A DNA stretch of 64,000 nt. It comes from an uncultured delta proteobacterium. Lineage in GTDB: Bacteria; Desulfobacterota; Binatia; Bin18. The notes under the pieces were generated by a model. The model was not told the origin of the DNA, ran no database searches, and saw only the letters and a program-made list of their open reading frames with translations. Shown here in pieces: positions 11,431-20,653 of the stretch (the first letter of the stretch is position 1; every line of letters starts with the position of its first letter). The position numbers and the translations under genes were made by a program. The DNA lies in the NCBI GenBank assembly GCA_963733195.1, contig CAVTCR010000009.1, positions 120,255 to 184,254 of the forward strand. Direction: 5' to 3'.

Positions 11431-12201
11431 ATGCCCAGCAATTACGTTATCGACATGGACGGAGTGATTTATCTCGGCAACGAACTCATTCCTGGAGCCA
11501 AACAGTTTATTGATCGACTCATGAAGGGAAACCACCGGTTTCTCTTTCTCACTAACAGTTCAAACCTCACTCCCGTCGATTTGACACAGAAGCTTAGTAA
11601 GATGGGCATCGAAGTGAGCGAATATCATTTTTTCACTTCAGCGATGGCTACCGCGGATTTCCTCAATCATCAGCTCCCGAACGGTCGGGCATTCATCATC
11701 GGTGGCGAAGGGCTTCGTGAAGCGCTGCTTGCGGTGGGGTACACCATCACCGACGATAAACCAGACTATGTCATCGTTGGTACGACGCGGACGTATGATT
11801 ACGACCGGATGGAGAAGGCTGTCTCTTTGGTGCGCGCTGGGGCACGACTCATCGGCACCAACCCAGATGTGACGGGTCCGTCTGACCATGGTATCATTCC
11901 TGCTTGCGGGGCACTGGTTGCGCCCATCCAACTTGTCACCGGAGCGCATCCCTATTTTGTCGGTAAGCCAAATCCCTTGATGATGCGCACGGCGTTGCGT
12001 CGGTTACGTGCCCATTCAGGAGACACCTTTATGGTGGGGGACCGCATGGATACAGATGTTATCGCCGGGACCGAAGCCGGTATGCGTACAATCCTCGTTT
12101 TGTCAGGTGTCACGAAACGTGAAGACATCGATACCTACGCATTCCGTCCTCATTACGTCTTCGATACGGCAGGTGATATTCCGGTTGATGAGCTGAGTTG
12201 A
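11431..12201 (+). CDS. nagD: HAD-IIA family phosphatase (NagD-like)
   Basis: DMDGV, LTNSS, GKPNP, GDRMDTD. Confidence 0.88.
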   Translation: MPSNYVIDMDGVIYLGNELIPGAKQFIDRLMKGNHRFLFLTNSSNLTPVDLTQKLSKMGIEVSEYHFFTSAMATADFLNHQLPNGRAFIIGGEGLREALLAVGYTITDDKPDYVIVGTTRTYDYDRMEKAVSLVRAGARLIGTNPDVTGPSDHGIIPACGALVAPIQLVTGAHPYFVGKPNPLMMRTALRRLRAHSGDTFMVGDRMDTDVIAGTEAGMRTILVLSGVTKREDIDTYAFRPHYVFDTAGDIPVDELS

Positions 12202-12309
12202 ACAAGCAATTGCGTGGGAAACAATGATTCGGTCTTTTCCGCGCTTGAGCCCACGGTATTCTGTTGTTACGTTTAAGCACCCTCTCTGTTTTCCTCAACG
12301 GTAGAATAT

Positions 12310-13906
12310 ATGCTATTTACTGAGTCTGCTGGTGAACATCGTCCAGTCTTTTATCACCCCAAAGGAGAGACGTCCCGACTCGTGACGTTGTCCGTGCCTG
12401 AGCGGCTCGACTACTTCACTCGTCTGCCGCTCTTTGAGAACATTCTCGATCAACTCTTTGAGAAGCGTCCAGTCGTCGCTGCGGACGGAAAGAAACAGAT
12501 TCGCGACCTGTCCGTGCGCGACGCACTCGTCGAACACGCCGAGTTCTATGAAGTCCCAGCCAACACTGCCGTCTTTCAGGAAGGCAGCTTTGGTGAGCAT
12601 CTCTTCATCGTTCTTAAAGGCACCGTCCGCACCAGCACCCATGTCTCCTTGGATAACGAGCGTAAGGCCGCCGTCAGGCTGGAAGATCTCAAGGATGGGG
12701 CGTTTTTTGGCGAAATGTCGGCACTATCGATGAATGCCCATCTGCTCACTGCCGAAACCGTCACACCGACGTTCTTGTTGCTCGTCCCGCAATTTATCGT
12801 CCAAGAGCTCGCGACACTCCAGGAACCACCTCTTCCTTCGATTCCTCGATTCCCCGATTTTCGCAGTCTGATTATGCAGGAGTACGTGCGGCGAGCCGTG
12901 CAAACCCTGATCCGCCGTATCCCAATGCTTCGCTTCACTTCCGACAACGACATTGCGAAGCTACTGACAAAAGTCGAGCTGAAGACCTTCGAGGCTGGAG
13001 ACATTATCTTTGAAGAAGGCGACCCGGCTGACGACTTGTACGTTATCCATCAAGGATTCATCAAAATCTCCAAACGTGACGAAACCAAGCAACGTATCCT
13101 GAGTTATCTGAGCGAAGGGGATTGTTTTGGTGAGACCGGGGTTCTTGCCAACGCGCCTCGTTCGGCCAGTGCCACGGCTATGAGTCGGACTGAATTACTG
13201 GTTGTGCCCGGCCCACAATTTCAATTGCTCGTGAATGCCAATCCACAAGCGATTCAAGAAAGTCGTGGAGTCGCAAACCTGCGCCGCTTGGACGCTGATA
13301 TGGCACAGGACGTTACCTTTATTGGGGTACGGTTGCAGTTTCAAGCCGAGGTCATGCCTAACCTCGATGTCCTGGCGATCGACGAGACGCTGTGTGTCCG
13401 CTGCGATAACTGTGTGAAAGCCTGCGCTGCCGCCCATGATGATGGGATCTCCCGCTTAATCCGCAAGGGCACTATTTTTCAGGAAATGTTACTGCCCACC
13501 GCCTGCCGCTTCTGCCAAGACCCAGTGTGTCTCTTATGTAAGTCTGGCGGGATCAAGCGTGACAAAGATGGGGATATCTACTTCACTGACAGTTGTATCG
13601 GTTGTAGTGGGTGCGCCCAGCGGTGCCCGTACGGCAACATCATTATGGTCGATACCGAGGAGCTAGAGCATTTGACACGGCCAACTTTAGCTGATCAGCT
13701 CTTTCGCATTGGCGCCCAAAAACGCGAGGAAGAGATCCCCACAGAGCAAACGACCGCGGTTGAAGAAGGTGCCGGTGAAGTGCGACCTCGACAAAGGCCA
13801 TCTCTTTCCCGCATGTGTGAATAACTGCCCGACCCAAGCGATTAGACGTTATCGTGCCGATGAGCTTGATGTCATCATCGCCGGGCAACGTAACAAAAAG
13901 TCCTAA
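12310..13906 (+). CDS. Tandem cNMP-binding domains + DmsB/NrfC-type multi-[4Fe-4S] domain (frameshift near 13720-13760; true C-terminus in ORF 13709-13906)
   Basis: Two cNMP folds (FFGEMSA; CFGETGVLANAPRSASA); Cys groups CVRCDNCVKAC, CRFCQDPVCLLC, CIGCSGCAQRCP; fourth group KCDLDKGHLFPACVNNCP in the +1 frame. Confidence 0.85.
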
Positions 13907-13929
13907 CGCGTGCAGTAGAAGAGGAGTGT

Positions 13930-15003
13930 ATGCGGTCACCCGCACGTTGGTACGTCGTCGCGTCGATACTTGTAGCTCTGTTGAACCTTGCCTATTACTA
14001 CCATTACACCACCCACTTGGTTGGCCCGCCTTCGGGCCGCACGTTTGAAGGGTTGTTGCTGGGGAATCTTGGGTTTGCCGCCATGCTCGGCGCACTCCTC
14101 TACAGCGTACGCCGTCGCTTCTTGAGCCGCGCCATGAACGCGATCCGTGTGGACCCAGACACACGGCGCAAACTCAAGGAAGGGGAACGACATGCACTTG
14201 AGCAGTTACAGAATCTGCAGCGACAGGTCATGCAGAATGCCGCGCTACGCGTGTCTGCCGTCCGTCGCCAAGCCAGCGGCATCCTTCGCCAGACCGGTAT
14301 GAAGCGCTACCTGTATGCTCAGGTTTCCGCTGGACCTGGGGGACGCGGCACACGCCTGTCCATTGGCCGACGCGAATGGGGTGGCCGTCTCCAGACCTGG
14401 TACTACTGGCATCTGATGTTAGGGTGTTTGTCGATTCTGTTGATTCTCACCCACGCCGGGTTTCGTTTCGGTAACCTTGTCGCTGTGCTTGCACTCGTCT
14501 GTCTAATTGGCGTGGTTGCGACGGGGATCTGGGGGTACATCATTTATCAACTCATACCCACCGCACTGACCAAGGTTGAAGAACGGGTCGAAAAGACTCC
14601 CGAAGAGTTGCGCGACGAATTACAGGAAGTGAATCGAAGGTTGGCCACTATCACCCAAAAGAAATCGCAGATCTTTCATGAGATCTATCAACAAGAAGCA
14701 GCGATACCGGGAGTGAGTCTCGAACCCACGTGGCGTTGGTTATGGGCACCGGCAGAAATTGCCCGCGACACGACCCGTCCAGATCGTCTGCGCCTGATTG
14801 TCAAAGAAATCCCCAGCCCCGAACAAGAAGATTTCCGCGAAATGGTCCGGTTACTCTTCCAGAAGGAAAAACTTGAGGTCTCACTCTACCCGCAACTGCG
14901 GTATGATTATCTGCTGAAGATCTGGCTCAGCCTGCATATTCCGCTGACTGCTGGGCTGATGATCTTTTCACTAATCCACATTGTATCGATCCTCCACTAC
15001 TGA
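13930..15003 (+). CDS. Integral membrane protein, putative di-heme b (ferric-reductase-like TM domain)
   Basis: About 5 hydrophobic segments; two H-x13-H pairs (HLMLGCLSILLILTH, HIPLTAGLMIFSLIH). Confidence 0.7.
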   Translation: MRSPARWYVVASILVALLNLAYYYHYTTHLVGPPSGRTFEGLLLGNLGFAAMLGALLYSVRRRFLSRAMNAIRVDPDTRRKLKEGERHALEQLQNLQRQVMQNAALRVSAVRRQASGILRQTGMKRYLYAQVSAGPGGRGTRLSIGRREWGGRLQTWYYWHLMLGCLSILLILTHAGFRFGNLVAVLALVCLIGVVATGIWGYIIYQLIPTALTKVEERVEKTPEELRDELQEVNRRLATITQKKSQIFHEIYQQEAAIPGVSLEPTWRWLWAPAEIARDTTRPDRLRLIVKEIPSPEQEDFREMVRLLFQKEKLEVSLYPQLRYDYLLKIWLSLHIPLTAGLMIFSLIHIVSILHY

Positions 15004-15023
15004 TCGCACAAGGGGCAGAGCCC

Positions 15024-18000
15024 ATGATCAAGCTCACGATACTGACCGGAACAGACGCAGGGAAAGAGATCACGCCAGCAAGTGATCCGATTATCCTTGG
15101 ACGGAGTAGCACCTGCACGATCGTGCTCCATGATGCGGCAGCATCTCGGCGTCATTCCAGTATTGAACGGCGCGGGACCGACTATGTGTTGACCGACTTG
15201 CAAAGCGGCAACGGCACGTTTGTCAACTCACCCGGAACTCGGATTCACGCACCATATACGCTGCAGGATGGTGACGAAATCCTCATCGGGAAAAGTCGTG
15301 TCCGTATCGGATTATTTATACAAGCCGAAGAAGACGAAGCAGCGAAAGTCCCCGTACAGCCATCCTCAGCGGCGATCTCTACAGGTTCCGCACAAGTTGA
15401 CACGACCTCCGGGACAGAACTCGCTCAGCCTGTCCAAATACCTCCACCCGCCGCTGATGCAGGACTCAATGCCGTCCATCAACCGGATGTGCCGATCGTC
15501 GTCACCATCGTCAGTGGTCCAAACCGCGGTATGGTCTACTCTCCAGCCCGCGAGGTATTTTCCATTGGGCGTGCAACTACGTGTGATATTGCACTGACCG
15601 ATTCCACCGCCTCACGTGTGCACGCCACCATCAAACGGGAAGCAGGGAAATATCGCCTTTACGACGAGAATAGCGTCAACGGTGTCTATCTGCGCACTCC
15701 GCAAAATCGTGTCTATCATGCAGATCTGGCTGACGGCGATACGATTTATATTGGCCAGAACCAGTTACGCGTAGAAATTTCTCTGACGCCACCACCCATC
15801 GCGACGGGTAACGAGGATGCCACACGGATCTCCGGTACCATTGGCGGGAAGAGTTTCACGTTCACTCTGAAAGCACTCGGCAGTAACGCGCGAGCAGCAC
15901 AGACGGACGAGGCGACCCACTTGGTTACCGGACAAAGCGGCGCGACTACGCCCGAAGAAGCAACCAGTGACGTCCCCCAGTCTGTCGCGGCCCAGGGGGG
16001 GCCAAAAATTGCACTGCGAGTCATTGCGGGAAAGGATCAAGGAACTGTTTTCACACCTCCTCCAGGGTCAGATCGTTGTACGATTGGCCGCGGCGAACAA
16101 GCAAACTTTCGCTTACAGGACCGTGGGGCGTCGCGTATTCACTGCGCGATTGAGATTTCTCCTGCCGGATTTTTTCTGGTTGATGATGGCAGCCTCAACG
16201 GCACCTTTCTCAACCAGGCTACTGAGCGGGTCACGCGCGTGGCCCTCAAGGGCGGAGAAGAGATTCAGCTTGCCGATACTCGTCTGAAGGTCGAGATAAC
16301 ACCGCCAGAAGGTGCAGCAGCAGCCGAGGGCGTTAGCGAGGAAAAGACAGCACACGTCCCATACCATGCACCACCCGCTCCACCATCTGCAACACCGAGC
16401 GAACCAGCACCGATCGTCCTTGTGCAACCCGCAACTGAGAACGTCAGATCGCGGTCTGCAGCATTCAAAGATCGCCTAGCAACCATCGCCAAACAGAATG
16501 GTGTCACACTCCGACCGTTCACCGTTCCTGGAACACCCCGGCAGTGGGTAGCGCTTGCCTTGATGTTGTTGGCAGCACTCAGTTCGTATGGGTTCGCAGT
16601 GCTCGGTCGACAAGCGTATTTTTCTGGTGGCCCCATTTCGGAAAGTCACGCTAAACTTGAGCAGCAATGCACGTCGTGTCATCCAACGTGGGGTCTCCAG
16701 CCAGTGAATGCCACGTGCGCTGCAACAGACTGTCACGCTGATGTATTGAAGGTTAAAGACAATACTCGCGACGACTGCGTGAGTTGTCATACCGAACACC
16801 GGGGCCGTACCTTCGCGATCAAGGGTGGGGAAGCCCAGTGTTGGAGCTGTCATAAAGCTGGGATGAACGTTCGCGCCTATGCCTCTCGCCCGATGGGCGT
16901 ATACCACACTCAGGTATTCTCTGTAGCTGAACAGCTTGTTCCACAACCAGGCAAGGTTCCTACCCAAGGAATCCAGCCAGCCGCGCTAATGACTGCTCGC
17001 GAGACCTGGCTGAAAGATTTCACCGCTCAACCGACTGGACTCAAATATGCCCATGCAGCACACGCGGCGGATGTTTTAGAAAAGAACAAAAAGCAGGAAC
17101 AGTGTCTGGATTGCCACGTCAAGTTGCTGGATGGGCAGTTCACACCGTTCCCAACTCACGCCCAGTGCATTGACTGTCACAAAGAAGTTGCCAACCAAGA
17201 TCCACAGGTCGCAAAAGCAAGTGCCTCGGAGAAGTGTTTACTGTGCCACACCCAAAAGGACGGCGGTATCACCCGTGTGAAACAGGACGTAAATTTTGTC
17301 GCCTTCCAACATACCGATCATGGGCAAATGCGTTGTGTACAGTGTCATGCTGTAGTGACGGCTGAGACGGAGTATCGTCCGGTGCTGCGCTCCGCAGCCG
17401 CATACCCGATGCCGATGGACGCCTGTTATTCTTGCCATCAAGACAAGAAAGTCACAATCGCATGTTTGGACTGCCATCGCCAACATCACAGCTATCCGTC
17501 AACCACTGACTTAGTCCAAGGATGGTTCGGCAACCTTCCTTTCAGCAGCGTCTTACTCACCTTCGTCGGACTGGTCGGCGCGATGGGCGCATATACGTAT
17601 ATGGATATGCGCCTTGCACGTCGCTGGTTAGCCTCGCTCGAAGAACCTCCAGCTGCCCCTGCCGGCGGTGCAGCAGCAGGCTCCGCTGCTCAGGGTGCTG
17701 CCGGAGTCCCGCCACCACCTCCGCCAGCTGGTGAAGGCGGCGTGCTCCCCTACCCAACTGTTGATGCCGCTACCTGTATTTCATGTAGCAGTTGCTATGA
17801 CTCGTGCCCAACCAACGTCTTGGAAGGTGACCACACAACACACAAGTCTACGGTAGTCAATCCTAATGCGTGCATATCGCTCACCGAAGGTTGCACTATC
17901 TGTCAGGACGGCTGTCCGACCGGCGCGATTCGCGTCACGACCGCACCGTTAGTGAAGGAAGTCGAACGTCCACAGACTGACCAACATAACGAAAGCAACC

Positions 18001-18932
18001 TTCCTGGAGTCTTCTTGGTTGGAGAAGTCATCGGAGCCGCGCTCGTCAAGAAAGCAGTCAACCAAGGTGACCAAACCATTCGTTATATCGGTAACCGCAA
18101 ACCTCGTATTGCCGAAGCGCAGTATGATGTCATCATCGTTGGTGCCGGCCCTGGTGGACTTGCGGCTGGGCTCGAAGCAAAACGGCTGGGGCTGCGGTAC
18201 CTCATTCTCGAGCGTGAGAGCATTGCCAGCACGATTCAGAACTATCCCCGCGATAAAGCTGTGCTAGCCGAACCGGTGTTGTTGTCTATCTACGGCTTGC
18301 TGCCAATGATGGATGCAAAGAAAGAAGCCTTGGTCTCTTTGTGGGAGGAGATTGTTCGCAAAAGCGATCTCCAGGTCAACGTTCGTGAGGAAGTTACCGA
18401 AGTAAAGAAAGTCAGTAATCTGTTTACAGTAACGACGGTTAAAGGATCGTATCAGGGTGCGTATGTTGTTCTGGCGACCGGAACCCGTGGCAACCCGCGC
18501 AAGATTGGAGTTAAAGGCGAGGACAATCCCAAGGTCACCTATAACCTTATCGATGCTGCGGAATGGAAAGGGAAGAACGTGCTTGTAGTCGGTGGCGGTG
18601 ATAGTGCAATTGAAGCTGCGGTCGCTTTGTCGAACGAACCGGGGACGACGGTGACGTTGTCCTATCGGCGCGGAGAATTCAGCCGCGTTAAGCCACGCAA
18701 TGAGCAAGCAATTAAAGAACAAGCAAAAGCAGGGCGACTGACCTTGCTGTTTAACTCCAGCGTCACCGACATTAGCGACAAAACAGTCAAGATCAAAGTC
18801 GGTGATGAAGTACGAGAGCTAGAGAACGACGCCGTCTTTGCACTGATCGGCGCCGATCCGCCGAAGGCTTGGTTAGAAAAGATGGGGGTTAACTTTGTGA
18901 TCGTGAAAGAAACCGTCGGCGGTGGGTGGTAG
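15024..18932 (+). CDS. Fusion: 3x FHA - TM - multiheme cytochrome c - TM - 2x[4Fe-4S] ferredoxin - FAD/NADPH oxidoreductase (TrxR/YpdA/FNR-like)
   Basis: Three GR..SRxH..NG FHA signatures; 9 CxxCH + CAATDCH between two TM helices; CISCSSCYDSCP and CxxxxxxCTICQDGCP; GAGPGG, GGGDSA, SYRR. Confidence 0.9.
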   Translation: MIKLTILTGTDAGKEITPASDPIILGRSSTCTIVLHDAAASRRHSSIERRGTDYVLTDLQSGNGTFVNSPGTRIHAPYTLQDGDEILIGKSRVRIGLFIQAEEDEAAKVPVQPSSAAISTGSAQVDTTSGTELAQPVQIPPPAADAGLNAVHQPDVPIVVTIVSGPNRGMVYSPAREVFSIGRATTCDIALTDSTASRVHATIKREAGKYRLYDENSVNGVYLRTPQNRVYHADLADGDTIYIGQNQLRVEISLTPPPIATGNEDATRISGTIGGKSFTFTLKALGSNARAAQTDEATHLVTGQSGATTPEEATSDVPQSVAAQGGPKIALRVIAGKDQGTVFTPPPGSDRCTIGRGEQANFRLQDRGASRIHCAIEISPAGFFLVDDGSLNGTFLNQATERVTRVALKGGEEIQLADTRLKVEITPPEGAAAAEGVSEEKTAHVPYHAPPAPPSATPSEPAPIVLVQPATENVRSRSAAFKDRLATIAKQNGVTLRPFTVPGTPRQWVALALMLLAALSSYGFAVLGRQAYFSGGPISESHAKLEQQCTSCHPTWGLQPVNATCAATDCHADVLKVKDNTRDDCVSCHTEHRGRTFAIKGGEAQCWSCHKAGMNVRAYASRPMGVYHTQVFSVAEQLVPQPGKVPTQGIQPAALMTARETWLKDFTAQPTGLKYAHAAHAADVLEKNKKQEQCLDCHVKLLDGQFTPFPTHAQCIDCHKEVANQDPQVAKASASEKCLLCHTQKDGGITRVKQDVNFVAFQHTDHGQMRCVQCHAVVTAETEYRPVLRSAAAYPMPMDACYSCHQDKKVTIACLDCHRQHHSYPSTTDLVQGWFGNLPFSSVLLTFVGLVGAMGAYTYMDMRLARRWLASLEEPPAAPAGGAAAGSAAQGAAGVPPPPPPAGEGGVLPYPTVDAATCISCSSCYDSCPTNVLEGDHTTHKSTVVNPNACISLTEGCTICQDGCPTGAIRVTTAPLVKEVERPQTDQHNESNLPGVFLVGEVIGAALVKKAVNQGDQTIRYIGNRKPRIAEAQYDVIIVGAGPGGLAAGLEAKRLGLRYLILERESIASTIQNYPRDKAVLAEPVLLSIYGLLPMMDAKKEALVSLWEEIVRKSDLQVNVREEVTEVKKVSNLFTVTTVKGSYQGAYVVLATGTRGNPRKIGVKGEDNPKVTYNLIDAAEWKGKNVLVVGGGDSAIEAAVALSNEPGTTVTLSYRRGEFSRVKPRNEQAIKEQAKAGRLTLLFNSSVTDISDKTVKIKVGDEVRELENDAVFALIGADPPKAWLEKMGVNFVIVKETVGGGW

Positions 18933-19011
18933 TTCGATCTGTTGTCCCAAACAACGAAAATCAGCGGAGAGAATCGAGGGGAGGATTTTGGCGGTTGTCA
19001 TACGGGAGCCT

Positions 19012-19608
19012 TTATGCAAAGAGATTGCGCACAGGTAATTGCAATTGCGGGAGAACCACAGACGTCAGCGTATCACCCGTGCGGAACAAGAGTGGTGCGC
19101 CATAGCAGCCATTCACTAAACGGAACATCGTGACTTCCCGACGGTCTGTGTCTACTAACCAATATTCGTCGACTCCATTACGTTCGTAGATGGCTTTCTT
19201 CTCAGTGCGATCACGTAACGCAGTTGGTGTTGAAAGGATCTCTACGACTAGGTTCGGAGCAATCTCCAAAAACTTTCCACGGCGTGGAGTAGGGCCCGCC
19301 TGCAGTCGAGCGTAGGAGATAAAAGACACATCTGGTTCAAGAGTATCGCCTGACGGGAGACGATAGCCGGCACTTGACCCAAACACCTCTCCCAACTGAT
19401 ATTGAGAGGCACAGTTGAAGAGCGGAGAAACAATTCGTGCTTCGGTATTGGCATGCGGCCAGCCAGCAGGTGGAGTCATGACAATACTCCCGTTCAGCAG
19501 TTCGTAATGATTCGTATCGGAGTGTGGCAGTTCACTGAGCCACTCTTCAAACTCATCTTGAGTGAATGTTTCGGTAGAAACGAACGCAGTCTGTGGCATA
19601 ATGTACAC
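19012..19608 (-). CDS. Uma2 family (PD-(D/E)xK-like) endonuclease domain protein
   Basis: YELLNG, EPDVSF, PNLVVEILS, KKAIYERNGVDEYWLVD. Confidence 0.9.
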   Translation of the reverse strand: MYIMPQTAFVSTETFTQDEFEEWLSELPHSDTNHYELLNGSIVMTPPAGWPHANTEARIVSPLFNCASQYQLGEVFGSSAGYRLPSGDTLEPDVSFISYARLQAGPTPRRGKFLEIAPNLVVEILSTPTALRDRTEKKAIYERNGVDEYWLVDTDRREVTMFRLVNGCYGAPLLFRTGDTLTSVVLPQLQLPVRNLFA

Positions 19609-19702
19609 CAGCAGGGAAAATTTTCAGACGTTACTGTAGCACGAGAGCCCAAAGGCGGACAGATGCGAGGAATTCACTATCAGCCCTGAGAAGAGGTGCG
19701 AC

Positions 19703-19817
19703 GTCATTCCGGGCGAGCACCGCGAGACCCGGAATCCAGGAGCTTGAAGCAGAGGCCTCCGGTGAGTACGCCTGGATTCCTGGCAGGCACCCCTGGCGGC
19801 TTTGTCCGCCAGGGGTT
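19703..19817. repeat. GTCATTCC-type REP/REPIN-like element plus GC hairpin
   Basis: GTCATTCCGGG..CCCGGAATCCAG..CTGGATTCC; hairpin ACCCCTGGCGG/CCGCCAGGGGT; same family as 32736-32815. Confidence 0.65.
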
Positions 19818-20145
19818 GAAGTGACTTACGGGTAGACAAGCTGACCCACAACTCCCTTAACGACTCCTTCCTGGGCACCACGGGTGACTGGTTCATAAAA
19901 AATGCTGAATGATGAATGGGGCAAAAGAGTTCAGGGTCTAGCGTCTGAGAGTCTGGGAGTCAAAAGAGGAATTAGAAAAGGGGTATTGCGGTTGTTGCAT
20001 CATTCCCCTTCAGTGTTCCCTAAGCCGCAAGAAGGCAGAAGAACCCCTGATCCCGTAGCTAACACGACAGGCGCAAAATAATGGTAGGTATAGCGGTAGG
20101 ATGCGGTACACTGATCTGTAGTGTAGCAACGAAAGAGGTATCCTC

Positions 20146-20643
20146 ATGAACATGCAACGTATCGCTACTTTCTTCATCATGCCGGGGTTGGTTCTTCTAA
20201 CGGCAACGTCACCCTCGTTCGGCGAATCTGTGCGACCGGCAACTGTCACCGCTGCCTCGCCGGAGCAAGCTCAGCAAGAGGCTCCGTTGTTTACCTTCTT
20301 ACAGGCGTATTTCTCTTCGTTAGCGCAAGGTGAGGTCGATAAACTAGCACAGTACCATCCTACGTTGACCACAGAGCAACTCTCCACCCTACAAGACTAT
20401 TTTGCTCACACCGTTCGAGACTTACATATCGACGTTCGGAACGTCCAGGTGCAGCTTACGGCCAATACTGCAACCGTGACATTTTTCCGTACCGATCGCT
20501 TTATTGACCGCCTTACTGAACGGCGCATCGAGAAAAGCATCCAACTTTCTACGGTCCTCGAGTACGGTGCAAATGGTTGGCAGCTCGGTGGACTTGATCT
20601 CGTCGCGTTCGCGCTGGGGAATCGTACTAGTCAAGCTGGGTAG
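20146..20643 (+). CDS. Secreted NTF2/SnoaL-like fold protein
   Basis: Signal peptide; YFSSLAQGEVDKL..., VQVQLTANTATVTFFRTD, GWQL pattern. Confidence 0.65.
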   Translation: MNMQRIATFFIMPGLVLLTATSPSFGESVRPATVTAASPEQAQQEAPLFTFLQAYFSSLAQGEVDKLAQYHPTLTTEQLSTLQDYFAHTVRDLHIDVRNVQVQLTANTATVTFFRTDRFIDRLTERRIEKSIQLSTVLEYGANGWQLGGLDLVAFALGNRTSQAG

Positions 20644-20653
20644 CAAACAGGAA

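Noticed and set aside
19012-19608. Uma2 gene as part of the redox system or a defence nuclease
   Set aside because: Common, often multicopy stand-alone family; opposite strand; no evidence of linkage
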